Part shown: piece after piece, positions 36,402-47,600 of the stretch
Layout of the letters: the number at the start of each line of letters is the position of its first letter
Numbering within the stretch: the stretch's first letter is position 1
Origin: Bilabrum cf. latius
Taxonomy: Eukaryota
Assembly: GCA_965178125.1 (NCBI GenBank)
Contig: OZ237758.1
Span: 124,001 to 188,000 of the forward strand
Direction of reading: 5' to 3'
Length of the DNA: 64,000 nucleotides
The notes under the pieces: model-generated
Databases searched by the model: none
Told to the model about the DNA's origin: nothing
Seen by the model: only the letters and a program-made list of their open reading frames with translations
Translations under genes and position numbers: made by a program

Positions 36402-38297
36402 ATGAGCAAAGCAAGGCAGAAGGTAAGCAAATACATGGTACACGGACAGTTCTCGTGGGAAATCCTTGGAGAGAACCCCTCTGAGGTTGTGCTAAGCCAC
36501 ATCGACAATTGATTCTTCTTGAGCGCATCTCAAGTTTGGTAGCTGATTTCACAGTTGATTCTTTTCTCACTTTGGCGGAAAATTTGCGCGCAGATCATAA
36601 CTTAGCGCTAGCTTGTTAGTGCTGTGCTCGAGAAAGTGGCTGAGACGATCTGCGCACCGGAGGCAGCAGCGGGTATGCAATTATACCGCCTCAAGTTCAC
36701 AGTTTACCACCTCGGAAGAATGATGCATGCCGATTTCAGAGATGCAGACTACTCGAAGTTCATACAGAAGCCGAATAACCGCAAAGACGAATCGATTCCA
36801 TCAACGTTATGGAATCAAGCGATTGAAGAGGCAGTAGCAGAATACAACCAACTCAGGCCAGCAGGAGAGAATATTCGCAAGAATACCTTCACATCGGGAA
36901 TGAAGAGTATTCTTCGCGGTAAGTCGGTGTCCGGACTCTCCGAAAGGGCCCAGTCGGTTCTGCAGATGTGGTAGCGCTCGGACGTGCAGGACGCCGAAGC
37001 CCGCGTGGGTGAAGCCCGAACCAAGGCGAGAACACGCAGAGATGCCAGTGGAGCAGCTCGCCATGCCGCTGCTCCGGCTGGCGGCTAGCAGCATGATCGC
37101 GCCTAGTGCTCGAGCTCATCGAGCTCATCGGCCCGTCTGGTGCAATCGGACAGGCTGGCCGGCGGTGTGGGTCAGGGAGGCTCGAGGAGGGGGGCAGGAC
37201 CAGGACCAGGGGCTGGTGCTGGTCCTGGTGCTTCAGCCCCTTCCAGTGCGGCGTCATCCGAGCAGCGAGTGTCCATCCCGTGGACCGGCGCTGGTCCCAG
37301 CCAGGCCCCCTCCAGTACGGCGTCATCCGAGCAGCGAGTGTCCATCCCGTGGACCGGCGCTGGTCCCAGCCAGGCCCCCTCCAGTACGGCGTCATCCGAG
37401 CAGCGAGTGTCCATCCCGTGGACCGGCGCTGGTCCCAGCCAGGCCCCCTCCAGTGCGGCGTCATCCGAGCAGCGAGTGTCCATCCCGTGGACCGGCGCTG
37501 GTCCCAGCCAGGCCCCCTCCAGTGCGGCGTCATCCGAGCAGCGAGTGTCCATCCCGTGGACCGGCGCTGGTCCCAGCCAGGCCTCCTCCAGTGCGGCGTC
37601 ATCCGAGCAGCGAGTGTCCATCCCGTGGACCGGCGCTGGTCCCAACCCTGCCCAGGGCGATGACCGGAAACCGGTACCTTGGAGCTTGATTGGGCCGGCA
37701 ATTCAGCACGACGAGATGGCCATATCTTTGGAGCGAGAAGAAGACGAAGGAGAGGAACGAGTAGAAGCAGGTGACTGGTGCCATGGGGACGAGGCGGTGC
37801 CTGGAGTTGTCTGTGTCAAGGCGAGTTACATCAGCAGCGCTAGAGTCGAAGCTGCAAGTGCTCTACCTGCACGAGAAGAGCTGACTTCGCGTACTACAGG
37901 CGATGTGCACCATGGCGTATCAAAAAGCGGGTACGATTTCTTCGAGCGGTGCGGAGAAAGTGTTGCCCCAGCCCTTGCCATTGCACTGCCAGCTGCGGCA
38001 AGGCACGGATCGACGCCGACTGCGCTATCCACCTCCCGTGGCAGCCTGTCGGATGGTACCAGTGACGAGTGCGAGTCCGTGTGCAGCTCCGGGTCTGGCA
38101 GAGGCAGCAGCAGCGAGGCCGCATCGCCGATGTTGCTGGCTGCAAGCAGTGCAGGCGTGGCCGCCGCCATTTCCTCCTTGGGGCAGGCAGGGGGCATCGG
38201 TCGCGTGAGGCCTCGGCCAGAGCTAGAGGGCGCTGGAGGTGTGGATCAGCAGAATGCAGGGGTTGAAGCGAAGAGGAGGAGGAGGAGGACTGAATGA
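36402..38297 (+). CDS. Orphan protein of about 574 aa, intact copy 2; exons 36402-36422, 36594-38297; TAG at 36603, 36609, 36972 and two more near 37086-37104
   Basis: MSKARQK|GTAAG donor and CAG acceptor are conserved in both copies while the intron interior has diverged. The frame is open apart from TAGs. Ends TGA. Confidence 0.65.
37236..37645 (+). repeat. 69-bp coding minisatellite x6 (SAASSEQRVSIPWTGAGPSQAPS)
   Basis: Unit starts at 37243, 37312, 37381, 37450, 37519 and 37588, with no spacers. Confidence 0.95.
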
Positions 38298-39264
38298 ATG
38301 GCACCATGAACACTGGCGGGAGAGATCGAGACTCCAGATCTGTCCCCGCTCGTCACACCCCGTTCAAGCATCGGGACAAGGTCAGACACACACTTCAGCA
38401 GCACCGGCTGCTGCTATCGTTTGCTTTGCATTTTTTGGGCTTAACATTAGCGCTGAACTATTGTACTGTCTAGTGATCGGTAACTCTCTCCTTGTTACAA
38501 GGTGTGGGGCCGGTGCCAGACTTGCTGGAGGCGGCCCGTCGACAGCGCCCCCTTTGGCCACGCGAGAGTGCTGGCAGCAGCTGCACGATCCATGCTGCGG
38601 TTCAAGGAGCGTAGTGGATGATGGATGCAAGACATGAATACACGGGCAAACACCCATACTTCCAGTCTAGCCATCTCGCATGGAAAACGCCCTTCGATGC
38701 TCACTACAACCCATAATGACTGCGTGGGAGGATCGCTGCAGATGGGAGCGACTTGCTCTGCTGGCAGTGCAACATTCAGGTCCTGTGACATCTTCAGGTT
38801 AGTCACTTGCCATGAATCGATTTGTCGGTCGATATCGTCAACTGGCTACAGCACCACAACAAGACTCAAGGACAATCCTGGCTACAGTTGCGACCGCGGC
38901 GGTTGGCGAATATTGAAGAAGAAGAAAATTATAAGAATCCTACAAGGAAAGTATTCGCTCCGATTGAACCGAAGTGGCACTTAGATCTTACAAAAGCCAT
39001 ATCAGAATAGCTTATTTATATCAATTGATAAGGTTTTGTTGAAGCTGCTACGGCACGGGGTTCCTGTTTGATCCGGTAGTAGACCCGAAAGTTTTCTTTC
39101 ATTGTAGCCGTGGGTGAGGCGCTCCGCTGTGCAGATGTGCAGCATTTGAATTGGCACTCGATCAACGTATTCCAAGTAATCGTTTTGTTTCTAGCAGTGC
39201 AGCTTGACTCTGGGCCGTCACGGTTGCTTGTATTCCAATCAAGTTGAATTCTGCGAACGCCATC

Positions 39265-42200
39265 ATGCCAGCAAGAAGTAAGCCACTCGATGAGTAGGAA
39301 TCTAAACGTGTTCGGGGCTTTTGTCTCAAGTTGGATAACATCCTGACGAACTTTTGTTCTGAGGAGTAGGCGTGCTGGCACCCGTGTCTTAAAAAAATGA
39401 GTCAGGAGGCCCGCAGCCCTGTTAGACGCTTTCTTGATACGTTGAGGGAAGAGTGCGTGGAACTGATGAATGATCAACAGGAGAGGCGCTCTGATTCAAG
39501 ATAGAAGAAGTGGGAGAAAATAATGAACAAAGGCACAAGGGGAAAAGATTATCCGGCTTGCAAGAAAGTGATCGATGTGGCTTGGCAGGATCCCAAACCG
39601 GGCGGTGGCGCGGCTAAAGCGGACGGTGGCGCGGCTAAAGCGGACGGTGGCGCGGCTAAAGCGGACGGTGGCGCGGCTAAAGCGGACGGTGGCGCGGCTA
39701 AAGCGGACGGTGGCGCGGCTAAAGCGGACGGTGGCGCGGCTAAAGCGGACGGTGGCGCGGCTAAAGTGGACGGTGGCGCGGCTAAAGCGGACGGTGGCGC
39801 GGCTAAAGCGGACGGTGGCGAGCCTAAAGTAGCCAAGCACAGCAAGGCCTACACGCAGGCCTTGGGCTACTGCGTGCTGGTATCTTCTACCAACACATCC
39901 GGAGAGTTCTGCACCCCTTGGGCCCTGCTGGCTCGTACAAGGAGGATTATCGAAGCGGCGAGGCAAGAGGGTGCAGGTGGATTCGCAGGCAGGCTAAGCG
40001 AAGTCGAGGCTGGGGTCAAGACAGGCAAGTACCATACGGTAGAGGCCTTCGCCGAGGCCCTCAGGGGAGCGATCGACTCGGGGACCTGGCAAGCCGTTCT
40101 GCCCATGCTGAGGGACTGGCAGAATAGGGCGGGTACCACACTGGACAGGAGCACGCAGACCGGGGCCGAGCTGCTGGGGCCTTCGGCTGCAGCAGGAGCA
40201 GGCGCGGCGGCAGCCTAGCCAGAAGGACAGGACCGCGCTCTAGGAGGCCGCGGCACGGCAGCACGGGCACAGGGACAGGACCGCGCTCTAGGAGGCCGTG
40301 GCACGGCAGCACGGGCACAGGGACAGGACCGCGCTCTAGGAGCTTCAGCCGTTTGTAGGGGGCACCATGATAGGCGAAGTAGTCGCCGACAAGGAGCTGC
40401 ACTTCTATTGCAGCTCAACGATCAACAGCGCGGCAGGGCGAGATGCTTAAGGGTGCCCCCAAAGGAAGAGCAGGCTCAGGCACTGGATGGGGGGGAGCCC
40501 AACCTTCTCATACAAAGCTAGAAAACTAGTAGTCGGTGCAGTAGTGCCAATCGCGGTGCGGGCTTTCCGCGTGGGCAGCGGACTCTGCTGACTGCCGGCA
40601 GCGACATGGACAGCGACATGGACAGCGACATGGACAGCGACATGGTCAGCGATATGGACAGCGACATGGACAGCGACATGGACAGCGACATGGACAGCGA
40701 CATGGACAGCGACATGGCCAGCGACATGGCCAGCGACATGGACAGCGACATGGACAGCGACATGGGCAGCGACATGGACAGCGACATGGCCAGCGACATG
40801 GGCAGCGACATGGGCAGCGACATGGCCAGCGACATGGGCAGCGACATGGGCAGCGACATGGGCAGCGACATGGGCAGCGACATGGGCAGCGATATGGACA
40901 GCGACATGGGCAGGAGCGGCCACATGGTCAAGGCGATTGGTCACGAGAGCAACTGTGTTGTGGAGGCTACAGGAGGCCGGCGCCACGGACCGGAGCGGGA
41001 TGCCGCCGCGTTTGCTGCTGGGCAGGGGCGCCCACGGGATCCGGCGCGTGCGGGTGTCCCATCTGATCGTGACTGTCAGCAACAGCAATGGGTACTGGAG
41101 AGGGGGTGGACTCAGCAGGTTGACGAGGTCTTGCAGAGCTAGATTTTGCCACCACTTGTGGCAGGCTCGTTCTCTCACAGCTATCTCGCCGGGCCTCTAC
41201 GTAGTCTCTACTCCGATGCTCCACCGGTGGAGTAGAACGTGCAAGCAGCTTGGACCCGCGACGCGACTTCCTCTACTGGGGGGGGGCAACCAGCATTCGA
41301 ACAGGGTTAGGGCGCAGCCACAGCCGAGGGGCAGAGACCCAGTTTGGATGTGACACCCACGACCGGTGAGGATGAAGATGAAGATGAAGATGAAGATGAA
41401 GATGAAGACAAACGCCGTACGGTACAGGCCTTCGCCAAGAATCCCGGGAGAGCGATCGACAAGACAGCCCGGCAAGTCGTCCTTCCATTGCTGAGGAATC
41501 GGCAAAATAAGGAGGGTACCACACTGGACCAGAGCATGCCGGCCGAATTGCAGGTACCTTTGACAGCAGCAGCGGCAGCACGGCCACAAGGACAGCGATC
41601 TCAATTGGAGCCGGAGAGTGGGGGAACTCGGCAGGTTGACAAGGTCTTGCAGGGCTGGAATATGCCACCACGTGTGAACGGCTAGACCTCTCACAGCAAT
41701 TTCGCAGTGCATCCACCACTAGAAGGCAAGCACTGGTCCGATGCACCTCGGAAGGAGCAGGATGTGCAAGCAGCTTGGACCGATGACGCGGGCCACAATG
41801 ATGAAGTGGCTTGTCTTCTCGATGGTGGAGGCGCTCGTAGGGCCAGGCGCATGGTGCCCGTCGGTCGTCCGGCGCTGTGGTCCACAATGTAGGGGACCTA
41901 CTCTGGCCGGGGGGACGGTGCGCGGAGCATGGCCGGAAGCAGGGCCGAGTTGGTGGCCTGCAGCATGACAGGAAGTGATGACGGGTCTCGATCCCTTTTG
42001 TTGGATTTAGACACGGAGATAGACGGTAAGGACGCACAGGCCGACTGGCGGTGGGCCACCGGGAGTGCTGACTACGAGGAAGGCGCATCAATAGCCGTAC
42101 CAGCGCAGCTTGGTATCCGGGGGGTATCGAACCTGGGCGCCTCCTCTTCGTCTGCATTCACAGAGCGGTTGGGCGCGGGCAGAGCCGAGGATGTTAGCCA

Positions 42201-42822
42201 CAGTCGTTTAGGGAGGCCCACTGGCTAGACTCTTGCCGAGACACTCCGTGGAACGGGCCGCTCGCTTGCAAGCCACGACTTACATCGCCCGGGACAGAAT
42301 CGTGCTGCCACTAGCAGTGTATCGAGGAGCTTTTGGAGTCTGACCGACCTAAAGAGGCTCATGATGGCATCAAGCGAGCATGGCGGTGACTTGGAATCCG
42401 ACGACGATGATGTCATGACGGACCCACCCGACAGCCCCGACTGGCCAGGGCATAGCCCTGTACCGCTAGGAATGAGTCTCGTGCAAGAAAAGTACGGAAA
42501 AGGCGCTTGCCAGTCTTTGCTCAGCAGTGCAGGTGCGGCTGCAGCTGACAGTCCCGGCACCTCCACCGTCGTGAGCCCAAGTGCGCGGAAGCCGGCAGCT
42601 AACAGCCCGGGGTTCAAGAGTCGGGTCTCTATGGGCTCGTGGCGAGAATCAGCCCTTAGCATATCAAAAGAGCCGGTGTCTGCATTTAGCCCGTGGAAGC
42701 AACCATTGCTCGGGTAGATCTAGGTAGGCTAGAAGCGATCACTGGCATTGCTGGCAGGTGGAGCCGTGGGCACCCCTCCGAGCCAACGCCGCCGAATAGA
42801 TACCACTTCACAATTTTGCTGA
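39265..42822 (+). CDS. Repeat-rich orphan protein (about 1185 aa) with 14 in-frame TAG codons
   Basis: ORF pieces 39523, 40606, 41344, 41707, 41929 and 42361 are all in one frame and joined only by TAG, from ATG 39265 to TGA 42820-42822. Internal duplicated segments are present. Confidence 0.7.
39601..39830 (+). repeat. 21-bp coding tandem repeat (AAKADGG), about 10 copies
   Basis: GCGGCTAAAGCGGACGGTGGC units are visible. Confidence 0.95.
40597..40911 (+). repeat. 12-bp coding tandem repeat (D/G/A-SDM), about 26 copies
   Basis: GACAGCGACATG / GGCAGCGACATG units are visible. Confidence 0.95.
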
Positions 42823-42974
42823 TTTGCTATGATTCTATTGAGTGAGAAAGTTAAAGTATCGAGCGAGCTTATTTTGCGGTTCGGATTCCGAGTGGTTGTC
42901 AAAATGCCTGCCAGTTGTGTTTGCTGTGGAGATTTTCAAGATTTCTTCTCAGAAGCATTCTGCACTTCCATTTC

Positions 42975-44315
42975 ATGTTCAGATCATCTTCTAGACGATA
43001 CTACCGGCAGCTGCTCGGTGCTTCCTCTGCAGGTGCGGTGGTCCTTGCTCTCAGCCTCAGGTCGCGGATCCAAGCATCATCAAGCGAAGGTGGACCAGCC
43101 CCGGTGTCCCATGACCAAGCGAGGGGCGCCTTGAGTTCCATATAGAAGCGACTGCGATAGAGATCACGAGTGGGCGTGTCGGATCTGGTCGGATGCACTC
43201 CGATGCTCGAGTTTACAACTCTCTCGCAAGCAACAGGCCGCAGAATCTTGGCAAAGCTGGAGCAGGCCAACCCTGGGGGCTCTGTTAAGGACCGAGCCGC
43301 GCTTGCAATGATACTCAAGGCCGAAAAGGACGGCGCCCTTCCGATGGGAGGTGGGGGCGTAGTGTGCGAAGGCAGCGGCGGAAACACTGGCGTTGCGCTT
43401 GCCATGATGGCGGCCGTGCGAGGCCACGACTGCATCATCACGCTCCCCGACTACGTCAGCCGAGAAAAGATCGACGCCATGAAATCCTTTGGTGCCCGCG
43501 TGATCCTGTGCAAGCCCGTCCCCTTCTCGAATGAGAACCACTTCTTCCACGTCGCGCGCCGGGAGGCCGAGGCCATCAACCGGGAATCGGGGGGCAAGCG
43601 GGCAGTGTGGACCAACCAGTTCGACAACCTCGCAAACTCGAACGCGCACGCCTTCGGGACGGGCCCCGAAATGTGGGCCCAGACTGGGGGTCAGCTGGAC
43701 GCGGTGTGCGTGGCAGCGGGCACTGGGGGCACGGTCTCGGGCCTGGCGCGGTTCCTAAAGCCCATCTCCGGGGGTCGATCCCAGGTGTGGCTGGTGGACC
43801 CCCCGGGCTCCTGCCTCCACCGCTGGGTCGCGACGGGCGGCAGGGAGATGTCACCCAGCCCGGGGAACACATTCACCGAGGGCATCGGGATCGGGCGGAT
43901 GACGGCCAACTACGAGTCGGCGCGGGGTGGCCTCATCGACGGTGCGATGCAGGGGAGCGACCAAGAGGCCGTGGACATGATGTTCTACCTGCTGCAGCAC
44001 GAGGGACTCTTCGTGGGGCCCTCCGCGGCCATGAACGTGGCGGGGGCGGTGCGGCTGGCGCAGATGCTGCCCGAGGGATCCACGGTGGCGACGGTGGTCT
44101 GCGACTCTGGCGAGCGGTACAAGAAGAAGCTTCTGGACGGCGACTGCGAGTTCCTGCGGGAAAAGGGGCTCGTGAGGGGGGACTAGGGTGTCCCCAAGAT
44201 GGAGAGGGGGGACCTCTGGTTCCTGCCCCCGCCCGGGCACTCGGCCGTCAGGTGGGGTCAGGACAACTAGAAGGAGATTGGGATTGCTTCTGCTGATGGA
44301 AGGAAACGGGGGTGA
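42975..44315 (+). CDS. Cysteine synthase-family PLP enzyme with presequence-like N-terminus; TAG at 43143, 43158, 44184, 44268
   Basis: LVGCTPM, AKLEQANPGGSVKDRAA (PLP Lys), GGNTGVALA, NQFDNLAN, GTGGT, EGIG, HEGLFVGPS and CDSGERY. The nearest upstream in-frame ATG is reachable only through TAGs. Ends TGA. Confidence 0.9.
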
Positions 44316-44619
44316 ACGGCCAACGCGGCAGACTTGGGCTGCTATCTTTCAGCGCTTTGCACGCATCCACTGGCACCACAGCGTGCTGTTGTTCTTGCTG
44401 CTTTGCCTGCACACTACACACAACGTGCACCGCACGAACCTGCTCTCTTCAGCGGGCCGCACACAAGCGCGCTTCCGGCGCACGACTTGCCTCTGGATTC
44501 GCTGCAAGCGATTTGCTCACAACATAGTTTTGCTAGGGCCTGCTCATATACCTGGCTCGGTGGCCGAGGAGAGCCAGGCTCGTATTCTGCTTGGATCCCT
44601 CGCGTCGTCATTAAATTAA

Positions 44620-47600
44620 ATGGAGCCAGGAGCAGAGGTATGGGTTCGAGATACGAAGGGACACGATGAATGGCTGCGCGGTGATTTACTTGCTCGGCGA
44701 GATGCCGGCAGCAAGGCATCTTTCACGGTGCAAGTCGGCGACGGCAAGCCGATTGAGGTGGAGAGTGCGATTGACAGCGAATCTGGCGAGCCCGAGGACG
44801 TAAAACTTTGCAACGCCGACCTAGGTGGAAGGGCTGTTTCAGAACCACTAGACATACCCGACTGCCCCGTGGAGGAGGCCCTTCGATCGGTACCGATGCC
44901 GCCCGACGACCTGGTTCAGCTGTAGCACCTCCACGAGCCCGCGCTGCTGCACGTCCTGAGCCTCCGCTTCCGGATGAATGTGATCTACACGTACGTGGGG
45001 GCAATCTTAATCTCGATGAATCCGTTCCGGCGCATTCCAGCCCTGTACGAGCAGCGTCGGCTGGAACAGTACTACAGCACCGGCCTGCTGCGAGCCCAGG
45101 GCGTGGACGACGTGGAGGCGCTGCCTCCCCACGTGTTTGCAGTGGCGGACGGGGCATACCGCGCCATGATGGACGACTCATAGGGACCCTCTGCTGCCTC
45201 TGCGGCGGGAGGGACGGGCACGAACCAGTCCCTGCTGATTTCGGGCGAGTCGGGGGCGGGCAAGACCGAGGCCACCAAGATCGTGATGAGGTATCTTGCG
45301 GCGATCGGGAGGGCGGCGGGTCACCACATGCAGGAGGGGGGAGACGGTGCGGGAGGAGGCAGCGGTGTCGCTGGGGACGAGCTGCCTTCGCCTGCTGCTG
45401 CTGCTGCTGCAGCTGGCGCTGGCGCTGCTTCGGGGGCGGGTGCTGACAGCGGCGGCGGCTCTGTGGCTGCGGCCGCCCTCTCTCCCAGGTCCAAGCGGCG
45501 CGTGGCCTCCACGGAACAGAGGGTGCTAGCCTCGAACCCCATCCTGGAGGCCTTTGGTAACGCTAAGACGGTCCGCAACGAGAACTCCTCCAGGTTCGGC
45601 AAGTTCATCACTTTGCAGTTCGACTCAGTGGGCCAGCTGGTGGGGGCCAAGATCGACACATACTTGCTAGAGAAGGTGCGGATCATGAGCCAGGGCAAGG
45701 GGGAGCGGAACTACCACGCCTTTTACCAGCTGGTCAAAGGGGCACCCGAGGAGTGGAGGAAGGAGTGGGGCGTGGGCGAGGTGTCTGACTACAGGATCGT
45801 GAATGACGTCAGCCTGTCGTATGCTGGGGATGACGAGGAGTACAGGGAGACGACCCAGGCCATGGACGCGATGGGATTCGGGCCACTGGAGGTAAGGCAC
45901 ATCTTCAGGACGCTCGCGGGGCTCCTGGCTCTATCCGAGGTGGCCTTTGAGGGTTCAGAGGATGTCTCCTCCGTGCCTGCCGGGTCGGCCGGCCGGGCCC
46001 CGCTCGATCTGGCGGCTCGGCTGCTGGGCGTGGAGGCCGGCGCGCTGGAGGGCGTGCTCACCACCAAGCGCATCACGGTGCGCGGAGAGACGACCGTGAA
46101 GAAGTACGGGCTCAAGGCTGCTGCCGGGTGCAGGGACGCCCTGGGCAAGGCCGTGTACAGCCGGATGTTCGACTGGATCGTGCGTCGGATCAACGGGAGC
46201 ATCCGGAGGGACGACCTCGAGGCGTGCTTCACCGGGGTGCTGGACATCTTTGGGTTTGAGAGCTTCAAGCACAACTCGTTCGAGCAGCTGTGCATCAACT
46301 TCACGAACGAGACGCTGCAGCAGCACTTCAACCAGTTCGTGTTCAAGAAGGAGCAGGAGGAGTACGCCAGGGAGGGCATCCCATGGAAGGAGATCGAGTT
46401 CCCTGACAACCAGGAGTGCCTTGACCTCATCGAGGGCAGCAAGCCCCCGGGTCTGCTCGCTCTCCTGGACGAGACGGTGCTCATGCCCAAGGGGTCCGAC
46501 CCTGCCTACGCCAGGAAGCTCTACGACAACGTGGGCAAGCACCCGCGCTTCGCCTCGTCCAAGAAGGAGATGGCCAGGAACCAGTTCACCGTGCGCCACT
46601 ACGCAGGCAAGGTGTGCTACTCCACCGCTGGGTTTCTCAACAAGAACAAGGACGACGTGGCGGAGGAGGCCACGCAGCTCGTGGCGGGCTCCAGCGTGAG
46701 CACCATTGCAGCGTACTACGAGGCGGAGGGGACCGGTGCGAGCGCGAGCGCCGGCTCCGGGGCGGCGAAAGGGGGTGCTGCCGGCGGCAAGAAGAAGAAG
46801 AAGGGCAAGGGCAAGGGCAAGGGGCTGGTCACCGTGGCGTCGCAGTTCAAGACCCAGCTCAAGAGCCTGATGGCAGTGGTGCGGTCCACGCAGCCTCACT
46901 ACGTCAGGTGTCTCAAGCCCAACCCGCAGTCGGCTCCCATGCAGATCGACAGGGGCTCGCTGGTGTCCCAGCTCCGGTGCGGCGGCGTGTTGGAGGCGGT
47001 ACGCGTGTCTCGTCTGGGGTATCCTGTCCGTCTGCAGCACGACTCGTTTCAGACGAGGTACAGGTGCCTGCTCCCGTGGATCGGGGGGAAGCAGGTGCTG
47101 GATGAGCAGGGCATTCATGGCGACGGCAATGATGATGCTGGTGCTACAGGCACAGAGGGTAAAGGTAGCGCGGCGCTGGCTGGCCCCGAGGTCATGAAGC
47201 GGCTGAGCTCGGAGGGTCTGGACCCGCGGGCGTGGTGCGACGAGTTCATCGCGGTGTGCGGGGTGCCCCCCGAGTCCTCGTTCGTGGGCAAGACCAAGGT
47301 GTTTTTCCGCAAGGCTGCCTACGACTACCTGGAGAGCAAGCGAGCTGCCGCGCTGAGGCTGGCGGCCTGCCACCTGCAGCGGGTCGCGCGTGGATTCCTG
47401 GCCAGGAGGTTACTGCAGCGGGCCAAGCAAGCAGCGGTGGCGATCCAGACGGCGGTGCGGGGGCACCTGGCGCGACGCCTGGCGGACTCGATGCGGAGGT
47501 AGGCGGCGGCAGTGCGCCTGCAGAGCGTTTGGCGGATGGTGTCTGCCATGTCGGTGCTGCGGCGGGCTGTCTTTGTCGCGGTGCAGCTGCAGGCAGCCTT

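Larger units (their letters stand above)
33296..38547 (+). repeat. Diverged tandem duplication: copy 1 about 33296-35680, copy 2 about 35996-38547
   Basis: Long alignable blocks, for example GCAGGGTGCTGCTTCTAGAGTCGACA at about 33354 and 36053, and near-identical 34118-34290 vs 36808-36983 and 35120-35410 vs 38020-38313. Confidence 0.93.

Noticed and set aside
37236-37645. CRISPR-like array
   Set aside because: Contiguous 69-bp units with no unique spacers, a unit length that is a multiple of three inside a CDS, and no cas genes.
38570-39260. Possible gene between the duplication and the repeat-rich orphan
   Set aside because: The plus-strand frames I read contain TAA/TGA, and the short ORFs show no recognisable motif.
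33296-42822. Transposon or endogenous virus insertion
   Set aside because: No transposase, integrase, RT, capsid or polymerase motifs, and no terminal repeats or target-site duplication that I could recognise. Left as orphan genes.
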